Source: Schizochytrium sp. TIO01 (taxonomy: Eukaryota; Protista; Bigyra: Labyrinthulomycetes). From it: DNA of 64,000 nt. Positions within the stretch are counted from its first letter, which is position 1. Every line of letters begins with the position of its first letter. This document shows positions 35,401-45,881 of the stretch, piece by piece. A program made the translations under genes and the position numbers. Under the pieces are notes generated by a model. It ran no database searches, was not told the DNA's origin, and saw only the letters and a list, made by a program, of their open reading frames with translations. The stretch spans positions 968,436 through 1,032,435 of the forward strand of contig SMSO01000031.1 in assembly GCA_004764695.1 (NCBI GenBank), in the 5' to 3' direction.

Positions 35401-37126
35401 AGCCAAAGAGAGTCTCAACGCGTCGTTTACAGAAAAGAAAAAAGCTTTCTACAAAGGTGAAATTGAAGATCACGAACGTATTCTTGCCGAAGGTGATCCT
35501 GTCGAGCTAAGTAAAGTTCTTCGTCATAAGCTTGCTGAATTTCTGCAACATGCCCAAGAACATTATCCAGAGTTACTTAAGGATAAAGTTTGTTTAGAAA
35601 ATCTTCGTTTAACTTCTGAAGGTCTTCTGGATGTGGCGCGCTCAGATCTCTTGTTGGCAAATATCAGCATTCAGGACTTTCAGCCTGTTGGAGAGCCACT
35701 TGCTTCCAGGGGAGGCAAGACAGTACAAATGGTGCTGGACAACGCTGCAAAAATTCTGGTCTTAAAGCAATTTCAGCTCGCTGATTCAAGTCAGTCCAAA
35801 ACGTTTTACAGACAAGTCGCTAATTTGGGAAACGTGGTGTCTCAACACGTGATCCATCTCATTGGTGCTTTTGTAGACTCATCGCATGGTTTATCACGTG
35901 GGTGTATTCTCATGCCTTTCTACGAGCAAGGCGACTTAGCCAAATGGATTAAGGATCACCCTCACCAAAATAAAGCCATGCGCGATCGTCTTGCCACAGG
36001 TTTACTTATTGGGGTTGCAGACTTGCATGCTCATGGTATCGTACACTGTGACATCAAGCCTGAGAACATCTTCCTTACAAGTAACGAAACACCATTGCTA
36101 GGTGATTTCGATGGTATCAAACAAGCGAATTGCACCGCAACCAACACGTCTCTTCAAGCCACACCTCGGTACATTGCCCCGGAGTTGCGGAGTGGACCTG
36201 TAAGGAAGTTCGAAACAGCAATGGATATGTTCTCTGTGGGTATAGTTTTAAAGGAGCTGTATCCTGAGCCAACTGATGCAATGCAGGCGCTTATTGATGC
36301 TCTAACATCACCAGACCCTGGTCAACGTCCAAGCGCTCGCGAAGTACTTCAGCATGAAGCCTTTGGAGTTCCTGATGTTCCTGTAGGGCAATGTCTTGTG
36401 TGCCGGGAGAGAAAGCCGCTTTCCGAAGGCACAAGCTGTGAGAGGGGGCACTTTATTTGCCGGGATTGTGTTGCAGATTCAGTAGAAGCGGCTGCAAAAC
36501 CACAAACTTATGTAACTGTGGACGCCGATGGAACGATGAAGTGTATGAATCGTGACTGTGATGGAAGAATCTCGGGCCAAGAGATTACTCGTGTTGCGCC
36601 AACTGCATTGAAGCACCTTTTGCAGATTGCACAAATGACAGCAGAAATAAAAGCAACATCCCAGAACAAAGAGAAGATTGAGAAGCTCACGTCAGAATTT
36701 CTAAAGAAAGGTGGACTGGACAGTGATGTAGAGAGGCATCTAAAACATATTCAAGAGAAAATCCTGAATACATGTTGTCCAAACTGTGGTGCCTGCTTTG
36801 ATGGATTTGATGGATGTTGTGCCTTATACTGTGAGAGGGCTGGATGCGGACATCGTTTTTGCGCTTGGTGTCTGGAGTATAGTTCAGAGGATAGTGATGC
36901 TTGTCATAGGCACGTGAGAACTTGCCCCAAAAAAGTTGGGGAAAACCCGTATTTTCCTGATACATATGAGAAAGTATGCGGGGCGTGGCAACTGCTGCGC
37001 GCGGAGCGTTTACGCAAGTACTGGAAAGAAAATATCCTCAACAGAGATCTTCCCGATGCTCTACGAAGGCAACTCAAACCTCTGCTAACACCTGATATTG
37101 TAGGCTCTAGGTTTAGATTCAGATAA
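26425..37126 (+). CDS. 24-exon LRR(21 x 28 aa)-helical region-protein kinase-RING1-Rcat-like protein, ~1612 aa
   Basis: Manual GT-AG splicing gives one continuous frame. Exon 1: 26425-26477. 84-nt exons start at 26584, 26924, 27299, 27662, 28025, 28388, 28734, 29089, 29434, 29789, 30143, 30506, 30869, 31224, 31576, 31930, 32286, 32640, 32997, 33359, 33742. Then 33982-34179 and 34303-37126. All introns are phase 2 with GTAAGT/GTACGT donors and YAG acceptors; the LRR introns mostly carry an ACTGAC branch motif. Sum 4839 nt = 1613 codons including stop. LRR consensus xLxNNxIGDEGAxALAKALxQCxNLTxL (RI/NLR-like). Kinase motifs VLK, HCDIKPEN, DFDG, YIAPE. C-terminal C3HC4 RING and CPNC..DGCCALYC..CGHRFCAWC..H..C. 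Confidence 0.88.
27255..33390 (+). repeat. Tandem array of ~17 near-identical exon+intron units (345-363 bp)
   Basis: Each unit is an 84-nt LRR exon plus a 261-279-nt intron. The introns are as similar to each other as the exons are (e.g. gagctccgaactttgtgaaggtgcagaata, gatgtgaggtggagttgtgat, gagttgactgacacac recur in essentially every unit). Confidence 0.97.
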
Positions 37127-38629
37127 TATAAAGAAAGATCTTGGAACCCATTTTTTAGAAGCTAGATATCTTAAAAAGAACAATTTTAAAGCTTGTCTCG
37201 TAAGAATTCTCTAGAAGAGTTCTTTATGGCGTGACCACAGAATGTGGGAGACGTGTTGTCTTCTTACACAGTCATTATGTGAAAAAGAAGAAGAGAAGAG
37301 GTAAACAGTAACAAGAGTATATCACCCAAAAGAATCGGGATCGATATGCATGCTTCCTGAAAATCAAACCTATTATCATTTTTGTTTAGCGAGTTCAGTG
37401 AGACCACCAATAAGATGATGTCTTGTTGAACCTTGAGAGTTATAAGTTTGCTATTTCTAATTTATTCGGGCTTAGTTAAAACTCATATGGATCAAGTCCC
37501 AGCTAGTTTAGTAATAACTCATTAAGATCTTGGGCTACTCTTGTCTACCGCATGTAACATTGCACACCATGATTAAAGTCACATTGGTTTGGCGACACTT
37601 TAGTAATGCTTTGCACAAGATACATTTTAACCCAAACGAAGTAGAATGCGCTATATGGGCAGAAAAGAGATAAATACTATGGTAGTGCTGGGGTCGCCAA
37701 CCAAAGAATTATGTGTACAAGACATTGTTTGAGTCCTTGGCACACTATAGTTGAAGTCCTGAAGCATTTGTAGGATAGAAAATAGACAGAATGAAGTGGT
37801 ACGAAAGTGCACTATTACTTATTTAAGTGAGTACACAAGCGCAAAACCTGGGTTAGTGGCTGAGGAAACAAGTCCCCCTAATCTTTTCAAGGGTGTGAAA
37901 TCCAGATCAAGTCCGGCTTATGATATCATGAATAAGTCTTAAAATCTGAGGACAACAGATTAGCTTACTCTACAAGTCGAAGTATACAATACCTTCCTAA
38001 GATTTTATGATTATTGTCTTGCCCCCACTTTCCAAGCCACCCTTTGGCTAATCAGGAATCAGGTATTATACACTTGAAGAGATGAAGCAAGCCAACCACT
38101 TTTTTGGAGTCTAGAAGACTAAATTTGTGCAGCACAGGTTGGATTGAAGAACTTAACTAAAATCTCGAAGCTGAGGAGCAGCTAAGGTTTTATTTTATTT
38201 AATAAAATAAATATTAATTAAGATATTATGAGAATATTTAAAATATTCATCAACATAAAGAAGAGAAAAAAGAAGCAGCGATGGTTAACTTCTCAAGAAA
38301 ACCAAAATAAAGGCAACCAAGCAAAGGAGGTCGCAGTCTTTCATCAGGTCTCACAACTGTAGCAGGCGGCGCGAAGTTGGTGTCAGGGCACAGTTACTTA
38401 GCGTGATATATATCTGTCGAGAGCTTATACCTTGCTGTGGCTTCGCACGTGGCTAACGAAAAAGTATACCTGTCAATCAGCTCCCCAAACGTTGAAGTTG
38501 AAGTGACAGAGAGAAGAACTCTGCTCAACTGAGCATCGTAACATTTCTACATTAGTTCTATCAATCTACATATAGGTCATTATTGTCAAAGCGGAAAGAG
38601 CACGCCACGAGTAGTGAATAGATTGCACA

Positions 38630-39720
38630 ATGCCAGTTTTCATAGTAGTAAGTCAACCAGAACCTGAAAGAATTCGTAAAACCCACGAACCAGAGCGGCA
38701 GTTCGTTCTTAAACTTGGCCATGCTAGACCCCAAGCAGTTCCGTCATTTTTATGACCCACGATCTACAAATGCCATACTGATAATCTTCAGTCTTGCTGG
38801 AGAGAATTGCATTGTTTACCTATCACGAGCTCTATGACCTCAATGGATCAAACTAGAGTTCTCACTGTCTCGACTTACCTATTGCTATCTTTATGTACAT
38901 TAAAGCACACATGATCGAGAGGCTTGGATTGATCTCTTCGTGCTGAAGAGTTTTATTCAAGTAGAAATTGACGAATACCTTTTGAAGACACTCAATCAAC
39001 TGACGTCTGCTCATTTCCAATATTTTGCAATATACACAGGTGCAATGCGGCACTTGCGAATCTTTTCAAGTGATCCAAGACCTCAAATCGCGCAAATTTG
39101 CTTGCAAAATGTGCAGAGAACGAAATAGCGTGCGCCGAGTTTACGGACGATCCGAGAAGGCAAAGGAAATGCGACTCGTGTGTCAAAGGCTTTCACGAAA
39201 ACGGTTTGAGATAGCCGAGGAGAAGGAGCAAGCTGCCAGAGAAGCACGAGTCCGAGAGGAGACTCTCGCATCAGCAAGCTACCGCCGAGATCATGAAGAT
39301 GAAGACTATGAACATTTCGATGGTGACTTCTACGAAAGTGGACCTTCCAATGGTCATTCCGTCTACCCCGGGTCCTCGTCGCGAGAAAGGCCTTGGTCGC
39401 AAATGCCCTCTTCTCGTGTGCACGAGGTTTCTTGCAGTAGGCCGACTAGCGATCTCCACGAGTATGTTGGCGACGACGGCCAAACGGCTGCTGAAAACGA
39501 TGACGAAAACGATGATGAAAATGATGGTGTAGGAAATGCAAGTGGGTCGATTTGGGATCAGTTCTTGGATCCTTCCTCATCCAATAACTATGACCTTGGC
39601 GATGGCGACGACAATGACGAGATTGTTTTATCGAATGGAAAACGTGCTCGTGTCGTGACCTCGCTTCCTGAAAAGGTATCTACCAAGCAACGCAATTCGC
39701 GGTCAAAGTCTTCTAGCTGA
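38630..39720 (+). CDS. MRNIP: MRN complex-interacting protein-like (MRNIP/UPF0544 zinc-ribbon), 2 exons
   Basis: Exon 1 38630-38647 (MPVFIV), GTAAGT donor, ACTGAC branch and CACAG acceptor, exon 2 39040-39720. Spliced product MPVFIVVQCGTCESFQVIQDLKSRKFACKMCRERNSVRRVYG...AKEMRLVCQRL matches the N-terminal CxxC..FQ..CxxC domain of the family. Confidence 0.8.
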
Positions 39721-41342
39721 CCTTTAGGTGCTAAGTATCCGAGATCCGCTCTCTGCTTTCACTGGGAACCCATTGTTCCTACTTGCTATCTGCATACACT
39801 TCCTACGATGCTTTTCTTTAAAAGCTTGTAGCACGGACAAGGGTCTGAGTGCCAGTGTCCCACCGTCAATTCATACCAAGAACCACCTTTCATGCTGTTT
39901 GTTTGTGTGCGCGAGTGACGTATTCGCTGCTACTACGAGCACAAGAATCAGTCGCCTTTTCTACGATCTCCTCAGGTGTCGCCTTATGTCTTTGGGGCCT
40001 TTGCTTGTTTCAAGCAATAATTTTGGGTTCATGGCCATCATCATGATCTTCACGAGGAGCAAGGGTACCTGCTGCTTGCTTGTCTTGTTCGACTAATTGA
40101 TGCATGCATCCAAGAGAACGAGATACCAACCCGTGAATTAAGACCCATCGAAAGACTCAAGCCCACGCACGAGGTTGGTTGCCAACTTTCATGAGGAGGT
40201 TAGCCCGTCGAATCGAGAAGATCTCCGAGGCTTGCTCAAAGCTGAGGAGGTGCCTCTGAAAGTCTCCGATCTGGGGGTTCTACCGCTGCAACTTTGGTCA
40301 CGTTGCCAGAGCCTAGGTAGGTAGCATCGTTCTCTGAAGAGTCAGAGGCTCGAAAGCGATGGCGTATTCCTCCAAATTTGTTTCGCAACCTAAACGGTCG
40401 AATGCGGCCCATGGGCCACCGCAGCTTGCCGCCGGAGCCATTCTTCCCGGATACTGCCCTCTGGCAATACAGACGCAGCTTCACGTTCTGCAAACGTGCA
40501 AGTCAATCCTTAGGCTGTTAACCTCGGGCTTTGAGAACAGATTTTCGTGGCCAAGCACGACAAAGACATTCGCTCAACTTTTGTGATTGTAACCGATTGA
40601 TAATCAAGGACAACACAGATCGTGGCCCCGGAAGATGGCCTGCGTCTTTGTTGGCTCTGGTGGAGATGCTTGCCTGTCTTGAAGCTTTTCGAGCAAAGTT
40701 ACGAGAGCATGCTCAATGAATGAAAGCAGCCATAGAAAACTGATTGAAAATAATATTGAAACAGAAGAACATCGAAAACTGCAGTCTCAGCGAGGAAACG
40801 ACAAGTGGAAGCGCCTTCATTCCAATCTATTCGCTAGACGGGGCTTTGTGGCAACTAGCTAGCAACCCTAAGGTTTTTGCGGGGAGTTTTGATGAAGAAT
40901 TTGTCACCTCCCTTATCATCAAAGTTTCAGAGACCCATCGTACTACCGCTGGGCTTGTTCCCTTTCAAGCCGCATCTAAAAAAGAAAAAAGAAAAAAGAG
41001 AACGAGAAACCCGCTAAAACTTCTACCAATACCTAGCTAGCTGGGTACCATATGTTGCGAGTACAATGTATTTCTTTTGGTAAGGAACGCATCTTTCGTA
41101 AGTTCAAGTTGTGCAGGGCTTATTAGGCCTATGCTTATTCAACCTTTCATTCCTATCGACTGCGTTGCACGTCAACTTTGTTATAATTTTTTATATTTTT
41201 TTGTTTTATTAAAATTTAAATGAAGCTTTTTTTTTGGGTGGACTTTTGCATTTACTTTTCAATTTGCTCGTACGAAGATTTATTTGGGTACCAGCAAAAC
41301 CAAATCAGTTGAGACTGTGTGCGAAGAAAACTTCTTGTCACA

Positions 41343-42299
41343 ATGCTTGCTCGCGGGGGAATTTTGGCGGGCCGCGAGGCCGTTTGGAGTGGTGCTGCGA
41401 AGCGTCTTTTGACAACAAGTCTCGAGCGTGAGCAAATGGCTAAGATTGCAGAGACACTCAGACCTCACGGAGACGATGGAAGCCGTGTAGAGCTCCACAA
41501 AGACAAGAGCGGACGTCAAGCATGGCTAACTTTGGTGAACCCTAGCAAGAAAAACGCCCTGTCAGGGAAAATGATGGCTGAGCTGCATGATGCCGTCAAG
41601 AAGCTCCGCGAAAGCCCTGAGTTCCAACCTACCACGACACTTTTCGTGCAAGGTGCTGAAAAGTACTTTTGCTCAGGCGCAGATCTCGGAGCTCTCACGG
41701 AATCCTTTTCTAGGCAAGACGGGCTTGATATGTCGTGGCTTATGCAGCGTACTTTGCACGATTTGAGGGCGCTCCCTCAAATCTCAGTATCGGTTGTTGA
41801 CGGAGGAGCTATGGGTGGTGGCACAGAATTTGCATTGTCCACAGACTTCCGCGTTTTCCAACATGATGCTACTTTTCGCATGGTGCATACCACACTGGGT
41901 TTGGTCACTGGCTGGGGTGGAGGCACTCGTCTCGTAAACTTGGTAGGCCGCACTAAGGCCCTCCAGGTGCTCTGTGGTGCCCAGAAGCTCAACGCCCACG
42001 AATTGTTGGACCTTGGCATCGCAAATTGCGTCTCGGATCCCAAGGAAACAGCTGAAGAGGCTGCATTGAGGTTCATGAAACCCTTTTATGAATGCAAGTA
42101 CCCAGAGGCGGTACGTGGCTCTAAGAGCTTGATTGGGTTTGCTCACGACCATGGCAATATCGAGGAAAGCCTTGAAAACGAACGTGAGGTGTTCTCAAGG
42201 GCTTGGCAAGGTGCAGAAAACAAGGATGCGCTTGCTGGAGTGGCTCGTGCTCGTGAAGCACGCCGTGCAAAGGCCCACCATGCTAAAAAGGCTATGTAA
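41343..42299 (+). CDS. ECHDC1: Crotonase-fold enzyme, ethylmalonyl-CoA decarboxylase (ECHDC1)-like
   Basis: NPSKKNALSGKMM, FCSGADL, GGAMGGGTEF, FRMVHTTLGLVTGWGGGTRL (His rather than the hydratase PE motif, as in ECHDC1). Basic N-terminus resembling a mitochondrial presequence. First ATG at 41343. Confidence 0.8.
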   Translation: MLARGGILAGREAVWSGAAKRLLTTSLEREQMAKIAETLRPHGDDGSRVELHKDKSGRQAWLTLVNPSKKNALSGKMMAELHDAVKKLRESPEFQPTTTLFVQGAEKYFCSGADLGALTESFSRQDGLDMSWLMQRTLHDLRALPQISVSVVDGGAMGGGTEFALSTDFRVFQHDATFRMVHTTLGLVTGWGGGTRLVNLVGRTKALQVLCGAQKLNAHELLDLGIANCVSDPKETAEEAALRFMKPFYECKYPEAVRGSKSLIGFAHDHGNIEESLENEREVFSRAWQGAENKDALAGVARAREARRAKAHHAKKAM

Positions 42300-42734
42300 G
42301 AACATAAACTAAACGTCAATGTTAACTAGGTCCGTGAGTCTGCAACAAACCATTTATTTGCAAACAAATCAGAACCAAATGAAAGGAAACATGTTGTTAA
42401 CGAAAGCAGACCTTCCATTCAATTCAAGTCATGTATAAGCAGCTCAGTTCCGTAGCGTCCTTCCCTCCCCTTCTTTTCTATCTTTATTCCCTCCACGTAA
42501 ATACATACATATATAGACCGATGTTTTATCCATATTTTTTTTTTGTAACCAAATCATAGCCACGCTCTATTAAAGCAGACTTCGTGCTGATTATAATATC
42601 ATATAACTGCTGTAGTGTGGTATTTATGTTTAAAAGACAATAGATAGCAAGCCTACAATTTTAGATCGAATAACAAGGAGATTCAAATCAAATAAATGCA
42701 AGTAGAGCACCTATACTAGGATGTCAAATCGACC

Positions 42735-44732
42735 CTATTGTCGTTCTGAGTTATCTTGGGCGTGCATGTCAAGCCGGAGTAGAAGGGAGTCCGCATGATC
42801 ACACTTGAAACTCACTCCGCCAAACACAAGCCACTCCGAAGATCCGTTGTTCTTACTCTGCCCGTTCGCTGGCAGTTTGCACATCGCGTGTGAAAAGCGT
42901 TCCGAAATTGCAGATTTTGACTTTAGGTCAGTCCACTTGCACGTGGCAGAATCGAACAAAGCGCCAGAGGCGAATACGTCAACACCTCCATCCCATCCAC
43001 CGTAGATGAAAAGCTGTTCGCTCGCATCACTTTGTGCGAGCGACATGGAATGGCCACATCTAGGAAGAGGTGTATCTTGCGTAGGTTGCAACCAACTACT
43101 AGTCTGCAAATGAAATAAGCAAAGGTCACGCAATACACCATCCGCACCGCGTCCTCCATGGATGCAGAAAAACGGACCTCGTAGATCTGATTGGCCATTC
43201 AAAAGCGTCAAAAGAGATTCCGACATCTGATTGGGCCTAATGTGGTCCCTGCATAATTCATGACTCATTCGCATCATACTTTCACGCTCCCTCTCAGATG
43301 AAGCTAGCTCTACGGCGCTCTGCAACGGTGCTTGGGCCTCTTCAAAACGACCAAGGGCCATTAATGATTGTGCTTCTCGAAGGTATGCTTTGCCCCAAGT
43401 CGGATTAAGCCTTACGGCAGCAAGAGCATCACAAAGTGCATTTTGTGCCTGCCCTATTTTTAAGTGACATACTGACCTGTTGCCATATAATAGGGCATCT
43501 CGAGGGTTGGCAAGTAGACCTTGCGAATAAAAACCAATAGCCTTCTCAAACTCTCCCGCCAAGAATTTGCGGTTTCCGTCTTCACGCAAGCTTGTTGCCT
43601 CGTCAATTTTGTCAGCAGCGATTCCTGGGGCATCCTCAAAATTAACTCTAGTTAATGATGCAAAATCTGATCCTGAGACAAGATGCTCTCCATAGTGCTC
43701 GAACACACGAAAGGCCTGCTCTGGTTCGTCATCATCTTGATTGTCCTTATTGTTGTTGTTCGAGCCTTCATTAAGATATCCGGCATGTAAAAGACAACAT
43801 GCAGCAAGTTCTCGGCCGGGTGGCGGTGTTCCGGTAGCTCGAACAGTAGACCACTTTGCCCGTCCTCCATCCTCAGAAATCGTCAACATATGCATGTCGC
43901 GAAGAACACCAGCTTCAGGAGACGAGCCTCCAAAAACTAGAACACGGTTTCCTACAGCGATTGCGCAATGCTCAGTTCTTCGCTGCGGGGCACTGCCATG
44001 CAATTTGGGTTGCAGCCAAGTCCATTGATCCTGGGACTCATCGTGTTTAAGAATATGAATATCATTATAGACCTTTTGCAAAGTAGCATTCAAGCCACCG
44101 AAGACGACCATACAATTATCGTTGATAACTGTTGCAGAATGGCCACTTCGAGCTTCAGGGCCGCGTCCTATGACATTCTTCGTAAGTTTTGTCCAGATCT
44201 GTTTTTTGGGCGAGGTTGAAGGGTTTTGAAGATCCTCTTTCAAAGCTATCCAGAGATCTGCGAAGTGCGAGCCGTCCCGAGACGCGCCCCCAAAGAGTAC
44301 GACCTTATTTTCACCAAATGTTGCCAATGTGGCTCCTCCTCGGGGCTTGGGGAGAGAAGCTTGGCTTGTACCTACAATAGGCTCAATGATTAATTCTTGG
44401 GATCTGCTAGTCTCTAACCATTGCGTAGCATTTCCAAGACTGCAAGACTCGAACTTGAGGTCCTGAAGAACCCCCCCTCCATCCATTGAGATTTTTTGCG
44501 TTGCTCCTTTATCAGGCAGTATCTGTGAATCATCTGATTTCTGCGAAACTTGGTTCCACGTCTGCTCCGTCTTGGAGGCAGTCTTGTCCTTCTTCTGTGA
44601 GTCGGCAGAAAGTTCTGCGGCGATTGCTTCCTCCTTAGTGTCAAACTCCTGCAAGCAAATGTCGTCTTCGCTATTCTGCTGGAGTTGATCCTCATCCCGA
44701 ACAGGGACCTCCTCAAAGTACAAGTTCATCAT
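42735..44732 (-). CDS. Kelch-repeat beta-propeller protein with inserted TPR domain
   Basis: Kelch blades (PRGGATL..VLFGG, ARSGHSA..VVFGG, RRTEHCA..LVFGG, GRELAAC..IHGG, PRCGHSM..IYGG, ERFSHAM..VFGG) and three TPRs (LREDGNRKF..AIGFYSQGL; LYGNRSVCHLK; WGKAYLREAQSL). Confidence 0.88.
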   Translation of the reverse strand: MMNLYFEEVPVRDEDQLQQNSEDDICLQEFDTKEEAIAAELSADSQKKDKTASKTEQTWNQVSQKSDDSQILPDKGATQKISMDGGGVLQDLKFESCSLGNATQWLETSRSQELIIEPIVGTSQASLPKPRGGATLATFGENKVVLFGGASRDGSHFADLWIALKEDLQNPSTSPKKQIWTKLTKNVIGRGPEARSGHSATVINDNCMVVFGGLNATLQKVYNDIHILKHDESQDQWTWLQPKLHGSAPQRRTEHCAIAVGNRVLVFGGSSPEAGVLRDMHMLTISEDGGRAKWSTVRATGTPPPGRELAACCLLHAGYLNEGSNNNNKDNQDDDEPEQAFRVFEHYGEHLVSGSDFASLTRVNFEDAPGIAADKIDEATSLREDGNRKFLAGEFEKAIGFYSQGLLANPRDALLYGNRSVCHLKIGQAQNALCDALAAVRLNPTWGKAYLREAQSLMALGRFEEAQAPLQSAVELASSERERESMMRMSHELCRDHIRPNQMSESLLTLLNGQSDLRGPFFCIHGGRGADGVLRDLCLFHLQTSSWLQPTQDTPLPRCGHSMSLAQSDASEQLFIYGGWDGGVDVFASGALFDSATCKWTDLKSKSAISERFSHAMCKLPANGQSKNNGSSEWLVFGGVSFKCDHADSLLLRLDMHAQDNSERQ

Positions 44733-45881
44733 GTTTGCTAAAAACCACGATAAGCGAGGGTACGTTCTCTACACACGACTTCAACAGCTCAATCAGATCA
44801 GAGTTGAGACACTGGCCAACACCTGCTATCTCTGCAGGGCTCTCTCTCAAGGTCAGGTCGAGGAGTGCCGTGATTTTACAGACTTTGGTAGAGCAAGCAA
44901 TCTGTCCCAATCCTCCTTCAGTACTCCAGCCCAACCCAGCTGAGCAGAGATTTGTTGTAGATATGCGTATTTAACGCATCAACGGTCGAATTGAGAGTGT
45001 GTACTAAGCGGCATTGGGAAATGGGTTGCGGTTATAATAAAAGAGGCATGGGCGTAATCATTCGGATCTTGCTCACATCAAGCTCGTTTTGATACTGTGA
45101 GATTTGTTGGCGAAGCTAATTGGGTAGAGCTGTAATGTGTTTAAGTTGTGTCTAGGCAACTCTTTCATCAATTTACCAATGGACTTTGAAGCCGATACTT
45201 TCCACTTATTATTGTGTGTTTGGTAGGGCCTATATTTGTATGGGCTAGTCCTATTCAAAGTTTAGAGTAATACATAAGTGGAGGTTAGTCCGAAAATGAC
45301 TAGTCTCCCGACCTTACTCGAAACATTAGGCCCCTGTGTATTAGCTTTGTATTATGGATTTCTTGGATCTGGTGCATATAGATATTAGTCACGTGCAGGG
45401 AGCTCTCGAGATCTGCCTTGCAATCGTGAGAGGGCAGGCATTCATTGTGACTCCCAGCGCACGAACTCTATTCTTCACGCCGTTGTCAATATCGCTAGTT
45501 GTTATGGAAGGAGCACGGGACCTCCTCTCACGATGGTATGGTTGTCTTGAGAGCGAGAGTGAGAGCAATAGGTGAGATCGTGCGCAACTTGAGAGCGGGA
45601 TTGTCAGAGCATTCCTGACTGTATACATTGATGTTACCCAAAATTATAGCGATAGTAGCAAGCCTCTGTTCCATTGCTAGTAATTGCTACATGGCAACAT
45701 AGTAGAGCACGATTGATGACAGGATTTGCATGCTCGAGCATAAATCGCCAATAACGCAAAACAAATCCCGAACCTTCATCGTCTCTTCAAAGGTCTCTTC
45801 TCTTCCTCTCCCTGTTTCTGTGTCATTCTTCGTCTGACTTTACGAAGTTGATCAACGAACACCTTTGTTGTCAGTGAAACG

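Noticed and set aside
34373-37126. 917-aa ORF as a stand-alone gene
   Set aside because: It begins at TTG, and the frame stays open upstream to a CTGCAG acceptor at 34302 whose phase matches the preceding exon; better explained as the terminal exon.
39728-40720. GC-balanced stretch after MRNIP with several short ORFs on both strands
   Set aside because: No frame stays open or shows a motif; could be a 3' UTR or decayed gene but is not callable.
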